Shown piece after piece: positions 33,404 to 41,424 of a stretch of DNA of 64,000 nucleotides. The notes under the pieces are model-generated. The model saw only the letters and a list, made by a program, of their open reading frames with translations. It was not told where the DNA came from and did not search any database. The translations under genes and the position numbers were made by a program. Each line of letters starts with the position of its first letter. Position 1 is the first letter of the stretch. The DNA comes from a virus, in IMG/VR virus record IMGVR_UViG_3300040801_002948, positions 1 through 64,000 of that record; one strand, written 5' to 3'.

Positions 33404-33455
33404 GCCCGGCAAAAAATAATCGCCAAATATTTTGGAATTGCCGGGCGGCTTTTTT
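33404..33455 (+). terminator. terminator hairpin that encloses the next -33 palindrome in its loop
   Basis: GCCCGGCAA (33404-12) / TTGCCGGGC (33438-46) followed by GGCTTTTTT. The loop carries CCAAATATTTTGG. Confidence 0.55.
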
Positions 33456-33492
33456 ATCTTTGAACCATCGTTAACAACAAAACCACACAGTC
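33423..33492 (+). promoter_or_regulatory. promoter-leader element, full copy
   Basis: CCAAATATTTTGG, N20, TATCTTTG, AACCATCGTTAACAACAAAACCACACAGTC, ATG at 33493. Confidence 0.65.
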
Positions 33493-33810
33493 ATGAAGAT
33501 TCAGGATTTTCTTACGGCAAGCGCAAACCACAGCCGCATAGAATTTAACGTTAAAGGCCGGTCGTTTACGCACTTTTACACGCGTGAACAGTGGGAAGAA
33601 GCGCTGATTGAAAACGGCCTTAGCCGCCGGTTTGCAAGCCTTATTTTCGATAAGTTTCTTGGCCATGACAGCGCGCCAAGAACAATTGGCGAAAAGATTC
33701 AAATGCACGTAAAAACGGTAAAGCAGGCGCGCGAATATGGCGAAGCCTTGCAGGATTGCACAAACGCGGCTGAGCTTGAAGCGTTTTGCGAGTATTTTAA
33801 CAATAAGTAA
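33493..33810 (+). CDS. hypothetical protein (105 aa)
   Basis: Cassette ORF. Confidence 0.6.
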   Translation: MKIQDFLTASANHSRIEFNVKGRSFTHFYTREQWEEALIENGLSRRFASLIFDKFLGHDSAPRTIGEKIQMHVKTVKQAREYGEALQDCTNAAELEAFCEYFNNK

Positions 33811-33816
33811 CAACGG

Positions 33817-33843
33817 GGCCCGGCGCTTGATAGGTGCCGGGCC
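33817..33843 (+). other. conserved hairpin without T-run (core identical to 29919-29943)
   Basis: GGCCCGGCGC-TTGATAG-GTGCCGGGCC, 16 nt upstream of the ATG at 33860. Confidence 0.6.
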
Positions 33844-33859
33844 TACAAAACCACACAAA

Positions 33860-34210
33860 ATGGAAGTTCAAGATATTGTGGACGAAATCAACTTTAGAAA
33901 AGAAGAAGCAGGCCGCCAAGCCAAGGTAATGCGCGCGGCTTCCGCGCAAACATTTGACGAAGAACTATCTTCAAGCTGTTTCAACATGCAGCTTGCCCTT
34001 TCCCGGTTCCAAAAAGAGTTGATAATGTTGCGCGGCAATATTCAGGAAAAGTCCGACTTTATGAAAGTCCTGAATCAAAAGGCAGCGCAAGTTGAAAAAG
34101 CGATTCTTGACCATTACAAAGAAGGGCAAGAACCGGCCCGGCACCTTGGGTTTATGTATGAATTTCTGAAGAAGCTAAAGGCGAAAATTTATGACGGTGC
34201 GCAAGATTAA
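33860..34210 (+). CDS. hypothetical coiled-coil protein (116 aa)
   Basis: ATG preceded by AAAACCACACAAA. The ORF-track extension from 33737 reads through the hairpin. Confidence 0.55.
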   Translation: MEVQDIVDEINFRKEEAGRQAKVMRAASAQTFDEELSSSCFNMQLALSRFQKELIMLRGNIQEKSDFMKVLNQKAAQVEKAILDHYKEGQEPARHLGFMYEFLKKLKAKIYDGAQD

Positions 34211-34452
34211 CGGCGGCCGCGCTTATTTTACGCGCGCCGGGCTTTTTTTAATGGCGTTCACCACGCTTTCAGAATGGCGCGCTTTTGATATTCGCGCGCG
34301 GGCTTGGTTCTTGTCCCTGTCAACGCATAGAGTGTACAGGGCCGAAGAACAGCCTGTCAAGTATCTTTTCAAATACCGGTCTTTGGTAGTGTTCGGCATC
34401 AGCTTTGGCTTTGGTGCGCGGCCTGCCAAAGGTTGGGGCAAAATCAAATCTT

Positions 34453-34863
34453 ATGCCCTTACAGAGCTATAGGCCAACATCTTTGCACCCTTCAGTAAAG
34501 ATTGGCGACCACGGTTTTTGGTGGTGCCTTGGTTGGATTATTGAAGCCCAAGAACACCCGCTTTTATTGCCCTATACTTGCTATAGGGACACGGACACGG
34601 AAGAAGACGGTGAGCAAGACTTTGGCACAGTCCGTGACGCGGTTCAGCACGCTATCAGAAACCCGTTCCTTGCTGCTGATAGGAACCTTTCTGACTACGG
34701 GCACACACAGGCACGCCGGGTGCCTGAAGGTATCTTCAGGGGCTTTAAATGGCGCTTTGACGGCCGTTTCAATTGCTACTTCATTGAAGGGCATAGCGTG
34801 CCACAATTAAGAAAAACTGACATTTACACAACAATAAAAACAATGCAAGATGGCAAAAGGTAG
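34453..34863 (+). CDS. hypothetical protein (136 aa)
   Basis: First ATG of the ORF. The start is uncertain and no promoter copy lies upstream. Confidence 0.4.
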   Translation: MPLQSYRPTSLHPSVKIGDHGFWWCLGWIIEAQEHPLLLPYTCYRDTDTEEDGEQDFGTVRDAVQHAIRNPFLAADRNLSDYGHTQARRVPEGIFRGFKWRFDGRFNCYFIEGHSVPQLRKTDIYTTIKTMQDGKR

Positions 34864-35119
34864 CCAGTTCTTATTTGTTTACACAGGCAAGCGGACGTTC
34901 CAGTTTTACGCTTCAGATATTGAAGTGTTTAACCATTATAGAGTAAACGAGCGTTTTGTTTGCCGGGTATCTTTCAAAAAAAGCCCTGACGGCTTAAACG
35001 TGCCTTATATAGGGTTTACCGTTTCGAGTTTCAAGGAAGTGCGCGCTTTATCTCAATGGCTTGATGAAAGCAGGGGAAGCGGCACAGATGACTATTTTTT
35101 AACAATAAAAACCACATAA
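34850..35119 (+). CDS. hypothetical protein (89 aa)
   Basis: Overlapping ATG start. Confidence 0.5.
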   Translation: MAKGSQFLFVYTGKRTFQFYASDIEVFNHYRVNERFVCRVSFKKSPDGLNVPYIGFTVSSFKEVRALSQWLDESRGSGTDDYFLTIKTT

Positions 35120-35120
35120 C

Positions 35121-35339
35121 ATGGAAGACTTTCGTTTTGTAGAACGCGTAAATGACGGCATTACAAAGGGCTTTAATCTTTTGACATGGTACGGCGGCAA
35201 AGACTACCTGACCAAGTTTGCCTTCCTTGGATTCATAAAGTATGAAGACAAGCCGCTTGTTTTGAACATTCTTTTTGTGGGCCTGCCTTGGTACATTTGG
35301 GCATTAGCCGGAATTCTTTATTTTTTCTTGACCCGGTAA
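35121..35339 (+). CDS. small membrane protein (72 aa)
   Basis: C-terminal hydrophobic LVLNILFVGLPWYIWALAGILYFFL. ATG preceded by AAAAACCACATAAC. Confidence 0.5.
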   Translation: MEDFRFVERVNDGITKGFNLLTWYGGKDYLTKFAFLGFIKYEDKPLVLNILFVGLPWYIWALAGILYFFLTR

Positions 35340-35349
35340 GCCGTTGCAA

Positions 35350-35385
35350 TACAGTCAGTTATAAAAGCTGACTGTATTTTTTTGC
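35350..35385 (+). terminator. intrinsic terminator
   Basis: ATACAGTCAG / CTGACTGTAT perfect 10-bp stem followed by TTTTTT. Confidence 0.8.
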
Positions 35386-35395
35386 ATCTTTTTCG

Positions 35396-35464
35396 CCAAA
35401 TAATTTGGCATTTGTAATTACTCGCCGTATATTTGAACTATCGTTAACAACAAAACCACACAGC
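35396..35464 (+). promoter_or_regulatory. promoter-leader element, full copy
   Basis: CCAAATAATTTGG, TATATTTG, AACTATCGTTAACAACAAAACCACACAGC, ATG at 35465. Confidence 0.7.
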
Positions 35465-35713
35465 ATGAATATCAAGACGCAAATCACAGAAACAGCAGAA
35501 TACAGAAGCACTTTAGTCAAAGTTGGCAAGACCGAATGGGCGGTCATGGTGGTGACTGGAAAAACAAATTACGTGTCAGTGCGCAAGGTTACAAGTAACC
35601 CGTTCGGCGCGCTGGGAAAGCAGTTTGAAAACGCTGATGCTGCTATTGCAAATTACAAGTCAGCAAAGATGCAAGCTATGTTGATTCAGGTATTTGACAT
35701 GCTTCAAAAGTAA
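35465..35713 (+). CDS. hypothetical protein (82 aa)
   Basis: Cassette ORF. Confidence 0.6.
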   Translation: MNIKTQITETAEYRSTLVKVGKTEWAVMVVTGKTNYVSVRKVTSNPFGALGKQFENADAAIANYKSAKMQAMLIQVFDMLQK

Positions 35714-35742
35714 AAATAAGCCGGGCTTTAGGGTAAAACCTG

Positions 35743-35813
35743 CCAAATGATTTGGTTATTATAATTGTCCGCCGTATATTTGAACTATCGTTAACAACAA
35801 AACACCACACGAC
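35743..35813 (+). promoter_or_regulatory. promoter-leader element, full copy
   Basis: CCAAATGATTTGG, TATATTTG, AACTATCGTTAACAACAAAACACCACACGAC, ATG at 35814. Confidence 0.7.
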
Positions 35814-36113
35814 ATGACAAATTCAGAAAAGCTTGGCATTACCTTTGAAAACATTATGGCGCTTGGCGCTGAAACCATCGCCCGCCGTTCAGCGCGGGTT
35901 TATATCAACTACCTGTATTATATGAATGGTGGCGGTGGCTACACTAAGAAAGCCGTTGAAAAGATGGAAGCGCGCCAAAAGGAACTGACGCTTCAGGACG
36001 TTGAAGGCTTTGCCCGGTCAGTTGTCCGGGTAATTGATAAAGCGCCGGAAACGTGCCCAACAAAGCGCTATTTTCAAAAAGCTTATGCGCAATGGTTTGC
36101 GCCCAAAAAATAG
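35814..36113 (+). CDS. hypothetical protein (99 aa)
   Basis: Cassette ORF. Confidence 0.6.
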   Translation: MTNSEKLGITFENIMALGAETIARRSARVYINYLYYMNGGGGYTKKAVEKMEARQKELTLQDVEGFARSVVRVIDKAPETCPTKRYFQKAYAQWFAPKK

Positions 36114-36165
36114 ACTATAATAAGCCGGGCTTTAGGCCCGGTATTTCTTCACCTTACAACCAATA

Positions 36166-36366
36166 ATGATGAAACCGAACGTAGTATTTTTTGACGGGAC
36201 TTCCTACTATGTTGACAGCGCTGAAATGGCCGAGCAAGAAAAGGCTGACGGCGCTGAAGTGGTGGCTTCTTTTGACACTATGGAAGAAGCTGAAGCTTTG
36301 GCTGATGAAAAAATGGCCGAAGCTTACCCGCCGCACATGAACCGTTCCTTCACCGGTTACAGGTAG
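36166..36366 (+). CDS. small acidic protein (66 aa)
   Basis: About a quarter of residues are D/E. No own promoter copy. Confidence 0.5.
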   Translation: MMKPNVVFFDGTSYYVDSAEMAEQEKADGAEVVASFDTMEEAEALADEKMAEAYPPHMNRSFTGYR

Positions 36367-36404
36367 ACTAACAGCCTGAAGGTGAGCAACTTGAAAAATA
36401 AGTG

Positions 36405-36472
36405 CCAAATAATTTGGTTTATAAAGTTGCTTGCCTTATCTTTGAAACATCGTTAACACAAACCACGCAAAC
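36405..36472 (+). promoter_or_regulatory. promoter-leader element, full copy
   Basis: CCAAATAATTTGG, TATCTTTG, AAACATCGTTAACACAAACCACGCAAAC, ATG at 36473. Confidence 0.7.
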
Positions 36473-36892
36473 ATGAAAGACAGACAGTTTATTCAAAGCT
36501 TGATAGACCAATTGCATTTTAACCAGTCAATAAGCTTTGGTACAGAAGAAGACCTTCTGACCGTAACGCACATGCGCGTTAGCGCCTATGAAAGCGCTTT
36601 CTTTTTCACCTTAAATGGGCAAGCGCATGACAAGTATAAAACCGCGTTAGGCGCGGGCCTTGGGTGCAATGGCTTTCTTGAAAAAGGTTTCCGGCTTGAA
36701 CTTGAGCCGGAAGAAGCTGTCATGGCCCTTAGAATGGCTTTAGAAAGGCATGATTCAGAACTTGTTTTGGAGCTTCTGAACCCTGACCGGCGCGAAAGCT
36801 TGCCGGATTGGGAAGAAGCGCCTGACTACATTTTTGATGACTGGCAGGGCTATGAAAGCAAGGCATTGAAATTTCTTGAACGGTTCCAGTAA
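36473..36892 (+). CDS. hypothetical protein (139 aa)
   Basis: Cassette ORF. Confidence 0.6.
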   Translation: MKDRQFIQSLIDQLHFNQSISFGTEEDLLTVTHMRVSAYESAFFFTLNGQAHDKYKTALGAGLGCNGFLEKGFRLELEPEEAVMALRMALERHDSELVLELLNPDRRESLPDWEEAPDYIFDDWQGYESKALKFLERFQ

Positions 36893-36903
36893 AAATTGCA
36901 ATA

Positions 36904-37344
36904 ATGATTGATTATAAAACAATAAAGGGTGACATAAAACTTTGGCTTTGCACCGGGAAAGGCGGCGCAAAGAAGCGCATAAACGCAAAGCGGCTGAAGA
37001 CACCAAAAGCGGCCGCTTTGTATGCAGAAAAGACAGGGCTTGAACGGCCTATAGTAGTGACCGGCCTTTTAACGCACGCGGAAACAAAGCCTGTCTTCCG
37101 GCTTGAACGGCCGGGCTTTGAACAGTTCTTGCTTGACCAAACAATAAAGGTAGCCGCCAAGCACCTTGAAGCATACCGGGCGCGAATGGAAGGCGATGAA
37201 AAAGCAAAGGCACAAATGGAAGACCTGTTTTTATGCTTTTGCGCGCTGAATAAGGAAGCCGCAAAAGTTTCAACTGAGCTTGCCGGGGCTGTTTACCGGG
37301 CTTGGTCTGACGGCGCTTTTTTGCCGGTGAAGATTATAGTTTAA
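36904..37344 (+). CDS. hypothetical protein (146 aa)
   Basis: Second gene of the last cassette operon. Confidence 0.55.
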   Translation: MIDYKTIKGDIKLWLCTGKGGAKKRINAKRLKTPKAAALYAEKTGLERPIVVTGLLTHAETKPVFRLERPGFEQFLLDQTIKVAAKHLEAYRARMEGDEKAKAQMEDLFLCFCALNKEAAKVSTELAGAVYRAWSDGAFLPVKIIV

Positions 37345-37349
37345 AGATA

Positions 37350-37366
37350 TTTTTGTTGTAACGATG
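37350..37366 (+). other. anti-leader site B (reverse complement of the conserved leader core)
   Basis: TTTTTGTTGTAACGATG compared with the reverse complement of CATCGTTAACAACAAAA: one base missing. Lies between the TAA at 37342-37344 and the terminator at 37374-37409. Confidence 0.6.
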
Positions 37367-37373
37367 TTTTACA

Positions 37374-37409
37374 GCCGCGTGCCTTTTGCTTGGTGCGCGG
37401 CTTTTTTTT
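37374..37409 (+). terminator. intrinsic terminator
   Basis: GCCGCG...CGCGGC stem followed by TTTTTTTT. Confidence 0.7.
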
Positions 37410-37429
37410 ATCTTGCACAAAAGTCTATT

Positions 37430-38077
37430 ATGAAAAACCCAAAATTTAAGGCGCTTGTGGAAGCGTCTATGGATTGCATTGAAGACGCGCAAGCCAAGGG
37501 CGAAGGAAAGATTATTGTGAACTTTCTTTCGCTTATGTCAGAGCGTGTGTACGGTGAGCCGGGCAACCTTGCGAAAGCGCTTAATCTTCAGCCTTCAATT
37601 TTGTCAGCGCCAAAAGTGCCGCGTGTGAAGTCCGGGGCAAGTCAATTGTCAAAGCTTGGGCAAGATCAGCGCAAAAATTGTGCAACTTGCCCTGATGCAA
37701 AGGAAATTGAAAAGGCCTTGCCCGGCATCAGCACAAGCCGGAAGCAGAAGACCGGGGCAGATAGAGCCGCACAGGGCGACTTTCAAAAGGAAGCTGAACA
37801 GATAGCCGGTGAACCCGACAAAGACCCGCCACAGGACGCGCCTGACCTTACAGCGGCAAAAAAAGAAGAAGGCTTGCCTTCGCACCCTTCAGAGTGCCGC
37901 ACCCTTGAGCAATTGAAAAAATGGTATGGCTTTGGTACTGCCCGGCCTGAATCAGATATTGCAGAAGCAATAAAAGCTGACCTTGATTTGTTACAGGTTG
38001 ACTACAGCGGCCGCCTTTCAAAGGCTGACAGCTTGGTAAAGGAATTCTTCAGTAAAGTGATTCAGGGCAATGATTAA
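37430..38077 (+). CDS. hypothetical protein (215 aa)
   Basis: First ATG after the terminator. The ORF-track start at 37364 lies inside the hairpin. Confidence 0.5.
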   Translation: MKNPKFKALVEASMDCIEDAQAKGEGKIIVNFLSLMSERVYGEPGNLAKALNLQPSILSAPKVPRVKSGASQLSKLGQDQRKNCATCPDAKEIEKALPGISTSRKQKTGADRAAQGDFQKEAEQIAGEPDKDPPQDAPDLTAAKKEEGLPSHPSECRTLEQLKKWYGFGTARPESDIAEAIKADLDLLQVDYSGRLSKADSLVKEFFSKVIQGND

Positions 38078-38945
38078 AATAAGGGTTGAAACGGCGAACG
38101 GTGAACAGCAAGAAATAAGGCTTATTTCTGACTACAGGGAAGTAACGCACAGCCAGTACATTGATTTTATGTATGCTAAAGGCCGCTATAGTGAAGCGGT
38201 TGTCAGCATTGACCCAACGCAAGACGGCGCAACGGCGATGGCTGAAGCGCTTTCTTTTGTCACAGAAGGCGATATCAGCAACATTCCTTTTATGTTGCCT
38301 GAAGATGACCTTGAAGCAGGGACTTTGCCGCCGCTTCAGGAAGGCATAAGCCTTTTAAGAATGTTCTTCTTTGCTGAATCGGTCTTAATGGCTTACAGTC
38401 CGGAAGACAGGAAGCAGGAATTGCTTGCTGAAGATTACGCTTACACACACAAAGGTAAAAAGCGAGTGCTGACCCAAAAGCGCGCCACGCGGGCCATTGC
38501 CAAGCGGGGCATGACAACAATGGAAGTCATTGAAACAAACGCTTTGTACCATACCCTGAACCAATTACTGAAGGTAAAATCAGACAAGTACGGTGAACGG
38601 CATTTTGAAGCGGACTTGAAAATGCTGGCAATATTGCTAAGGCCTGAAGGTGAAGCCCTTCCTTTGCGAATGAAAGAGCGCAATGAATACATTGAACAGA
38701 ATGCCCGTGAATTGTCGGACGTGCCCAATTATGTCATAAAAGACGTATCTTTTTTTTTGACGCGTACATGCAAGGCCTTAGAAGTGTCGGTGAGTACGCC
38801 GCTTTTTTTGATGGCGCACCGGAATTTAATTTCACATCAGGAAATAAACAAAATGATGGTGGAAATGATAAAAAAGCATATAGGGAGCAATACGCTGAGT
38901 TCATTAGTAAACACTTGGGGCCCCGGTGGGTATACCGGGAAATGA
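38070..38945 (+). CDS. hypothetical protein (291 aa)
   Basis: Overlapping start. First of a translationally coupled chain. Confidence 0.55.
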   Translation: MIKIRVETANGEQQEIRLISDYREVTHSQYIDFMYAKGRYSEAVVSIDPTQDGATAMAEALSFVTEGDISNIPFMLPEDDLEAGTLPPLQEGISLLRMFFFAESVLMAYSPEDRKQELLAEDYAYTHKGKKRVLTQKRATRAIAKRGMTTMEVIETNALYHTLNQLLKVKSDKYGERHFEADLKMLAILLRPEGEALPLRMKERNEYIEQNARELSDVPNYVIKDVSFFLTRTCKALEVSVSTPLFLMAHRNLISHQEINKMMVEMIKKHIGSNTLSSLVNTWGPGGYTGK

Positions 38946-39055
38946 TGGATTCGCCGTTGTTAGGTTCAGCAACAGGTGAAGACCGGCTTTCGGCAATGCT
39001 TAACCTAGATTTTGAATTGACAGTTGATTACCTAACTAGGAAAATGATTAAATGA
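38942..39055 (+). CDS. tiny ORF (37 aa), doubtful
   Basis: ATGA overlaps at both ends link the 38070 and 39052 ORFs. Confidence 0.25.
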   Translation: MMDSPLLGSATGEDRLSAMLNLDFELTVDYLTRKMIK

Positions 39056-40740
39056 TGAACAAGAAAAAACAGGCTTTGCGCCTAATTAGGCAACAGCAGC
39101 TTCAAGAAAGGCGCGAATTGCTGCTTGCTGAACGCGAATGGGATATAATGTTGCCGGAAGAACCGGTGACGGTATTCAACGGGCCCGTTGCAAACGCGCG
39201 GAATTGGGGCTTTGACTACCTGACAAAAGGCCTTTCAAAGTTTGAAATGAAAAGCCCGGTCACAATAAATGTTGCTGACACGGGCGCGCTGTCTGCGAAT
39301 AAGTATCTTCAGCACCTTGATACGGAGCTTGCCAAGGACTACACAGATGGCCGTGACGGGCTTTTGGATGGCCATGACCACTTCAGCCATTGCCAAGGTA
39401 TTATTGGCGCTACAAAAGAAGGTATTGGCGTATTATGGCACCCTTTGCTTCGCCAACATTTCAGTCAGTTCTTGCAATTCGGAAGCCGCGTACTTCTGAA
39501 CGGCGGTGCAGGTTCTTATGAATGGGTTGAACGGTACGCAAACGCAATGGCCGACTTGTACACCAAAAACCCGCGCATAAAAGACAAGCCTTTCATTCTG
39601 TCTTGGTCATTCGGTGGCAGTGGTAGCCATCAAGGCGTTGCAGACGCTGTTAACTACCTTGAAGACTTGGGCATTTTTGTTGTTTCTTCAGCGGGCAATA
39701 ATGGCGTTTCAGTGGGCTTTCCGGCGCGCCTTGCGCCTGTCTTTGCTTCAGCGGCCTTTGACAGCGGCGAAAACCGGGCAAGCTTCAGCGGGCGCGGGCA
39801 AGAACTTTCTTTTTGCGCGCCGGGCGTTCAAATCCTGTCTTGCGGTGCTGACCAAGATGAACTGTTGTACATGAACGGCACTTCAATGTCAGGGCCCGGG
39901 AACGCGGCAATGCTTGCTTTGCTGTTGGCGCAAAATCCGGATTTGACACCAAAAGAAGTCCGCGCTTTGTTGGAAGCGGGCGACCTTACCAAAGACCTTG
40001 GAAACGCGGGATTCGATGACTTGTATGGTTGGGGCGCAACTACTGCGGGCACCGTTCTTGATGAACCCGCTGACGTTCCAGACAATCCAGATGAACCGGG
40101 CGACGGCCCCGGCGATGAACCCGGAAACCCGGAAGCACCGATTGACAAAAAGCCGTTTAAAGAGCGTCAGCACGCTTTTGAACTGGAAGTTGAAGCGCTT
40201 ATTGTTTACAGCCGGATGAATCAGCGGGCGCGGGCGGAAATGGGCCTTTCTGATGAACCGTTTGAATTTATGCTTGATTCGCCGGAAGGCGCAAACATAC
40301 TCAGCAGGCAAGCGGCGGAATTTGCCAGACTGGACGCTATTGAAATGAAAGTTACTTCAAAGCGTGCCGGGGAAGCCATTTCGGCCTACTTGCTTGAATA
40401 TGCTGAAGGGTATTATCAAAACCGTGGCTTTGGCCTTCCTTACCTTGTGGATATCAAGTATATTCTTGGCGTGGCCGGGTATTTCCTTTTGTTGGACTTG
40501 TTCAAGAACAAGCGGGACTTGTTCAATGAGATCACAAACGTCCGCTTCCTTGGTTGGGAAGGTGAAAGCTATTCAGGCATAATGCACCGGGCCCCGGTAT
40601 GGGAACGCGGCACAACGCCATACCTTAGCACCATTGAAGAATTTACCACGGCATTTGAACAGCAATTTGGCTTGCGTTTGCCGGTTCCAAATGGCGGCGC
40701 ATATGTTGACGGCGGGGAACGAATTATTTCTAAGCGATGA
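39052..40740 (+). CDS. subtilisin-like serine protease (peptidase S8) with Pro/Asp/Glu-rich linker and ~190-aa C-terminal domain
   Basis: Catalytic triad contexts: INVADTGA (Asp), HFSHCQGIIGA (His), MNGTSMSGPGNAAMLALLLA (Ser). Linker: DEPADVPDNPDEPGDGPGDEPGNPEAP. Confidence 0.85.
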   Translation: MMNKKKQALRLIRQQQLQERRELLLAEREWDIMLPEEPVTVFNGPVANARNWGFDYLTKGLSKFEMKSPVTINVADTGALSANKYLQHLDTELAKDYTDGRDGLLDGHDHFSHCQGIIGATKEGIGVLWHPLLRQHFSQFLQFGSRVLLNGGAGSYEWVERYANAMADLYTKNPRIKDKPFILSWSFGGSGSHQGVADAVNYLEDLGIFVVSSAGNNGVSVGFPARLAPVFASAAFDSGENRASFSGRGQELSFCAPGVQILSCGADQDELLYMNGTSMSGPGNAAMLALLLAQNPDLTPKEVRALLEAGDLTKDLGNAGFDDLYGWGATTAGTVLDEPADVPDNPDEPGDGPGDEPGNPEAPIDKKPFKERQHAFELEVEALIVYSRMNQRARAEMGLSDEPFEFMLDSPEGANILSRQAAEFARLDAIEMKVTSKRAGEAISAYLLEYAEGYYQNRGFGLPYLVDIKYILGVAGYFLLLDLFKNKRDLFNEITNVRFLGWEGESYSGIMHRAPVWERGTTPYLSTIEEFTTAFEQQFGLRLPVPNGGAYVDGGERIISKR

Positions 40741-41375
40741 CTGAATTTATAGTACCTGAAGGGCGGCACAAAAGCAGGCCCTTCAGGTTTAGCCCTTCTT
40801 TTTGTGAGTACAAGCCGGAAAAGGCCATAATGGTCAACCAAGGCGAAAGCTCAAAGTATATTGTCAGGGATTCGGCCGGCAATATGCACGTTGACCAATG
40901 GGACTGGCTTAAAGTGCTGGGAAGGCAATTTCATGTAAACCCGCACAAAAATACTTACATGCTTGCCACGCGGTTCAACCCTATTGAAGATGTGTTTGAA
41001 TACACTTCTTACTTTCACGTTAATGGGCGCGTTTATGTTGGCACCTTGTTTCAAAATCCGGGCATCAGTTTTGATTTGCTGAAGAAGGCAAAGAAAGACT
41101 TGTCAAAGGGCAAAATTGAAACCTTTGCAGCAAACCAATATAAAGAGCTTGTAATGTTCCGCCGGCCTATAGCGGTCAGAAAAGCAGGTCAGCCGCTGTT
41201 TATTGATGAAATTACAGAACATTCACTTTGCCGGTATGGCTTCCGGTACAAAGAAGAAGAAAGGCTGACTGTCAAGCCAATAAGCCGGAATTGGTTTAGC
41301 CTTAAAATATACCCTTGGTTTGGGGGCACTTCAAAAGCGCCTTCAGACTGGAAAGTTGTTATTCATAATTGGTAA
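40737..41375 (+). CDS. hypothetical protein (212 aa)
   Basis: ATGA overlap with the protease gene. Confidence 0.55.
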   Translation: MTEFIVPEGRHKSRPFRFSPSFCEYKPEKAIMVNQGESSKYIVRDSAGNMHVDQWDWLKVLGRQFHVNPHKNTYMLATRFNPIEDVFEYTSYFHVNGRVYVGTLFQNPGISFDLLKKAKKDLSKGKIETFAANQYKELVMFRRPIAVRKAGQPLFIDEITEHSLCRYGFRYKEEERLTVKPISRNWFSLKIYPWFGGTSKAPSDWKVVIHNW

Positions 41376-41385
41376 GGCAGATTTT

Positions 41386-41424
41386 GCGCCGGGCCCCAAT
41401 GACTGGAAGCCCGGCGCTTTTTTT
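41386..41424 (+). terminator. intrinsic terminator at a convergent gene junction
   Basis: GCGCCGGGC / GCCCGGCGC 9-bp stem followed by TTTTTTT. Confidence 0.75.

Noticed and set aside
27599-36472. The regularly recurring ~70-nt repeat separated by unique sequence could suggest a CRISPR array.
   Set aside because: The spacers are 250-1500 bp, irregular, and are clearly protein-coding with proper starts and stops. The repeat has promoter architecture, and no cas genes are present.
39828-40311. Minus-strand ORFs of 106 and 140 aa lie inside the S8 protease gene.
   Set aside because: They are antisense shadow ORFs in a GC-richer, Pro/Gly-rich linker region. The + strand gene has a complete catalytic triad.
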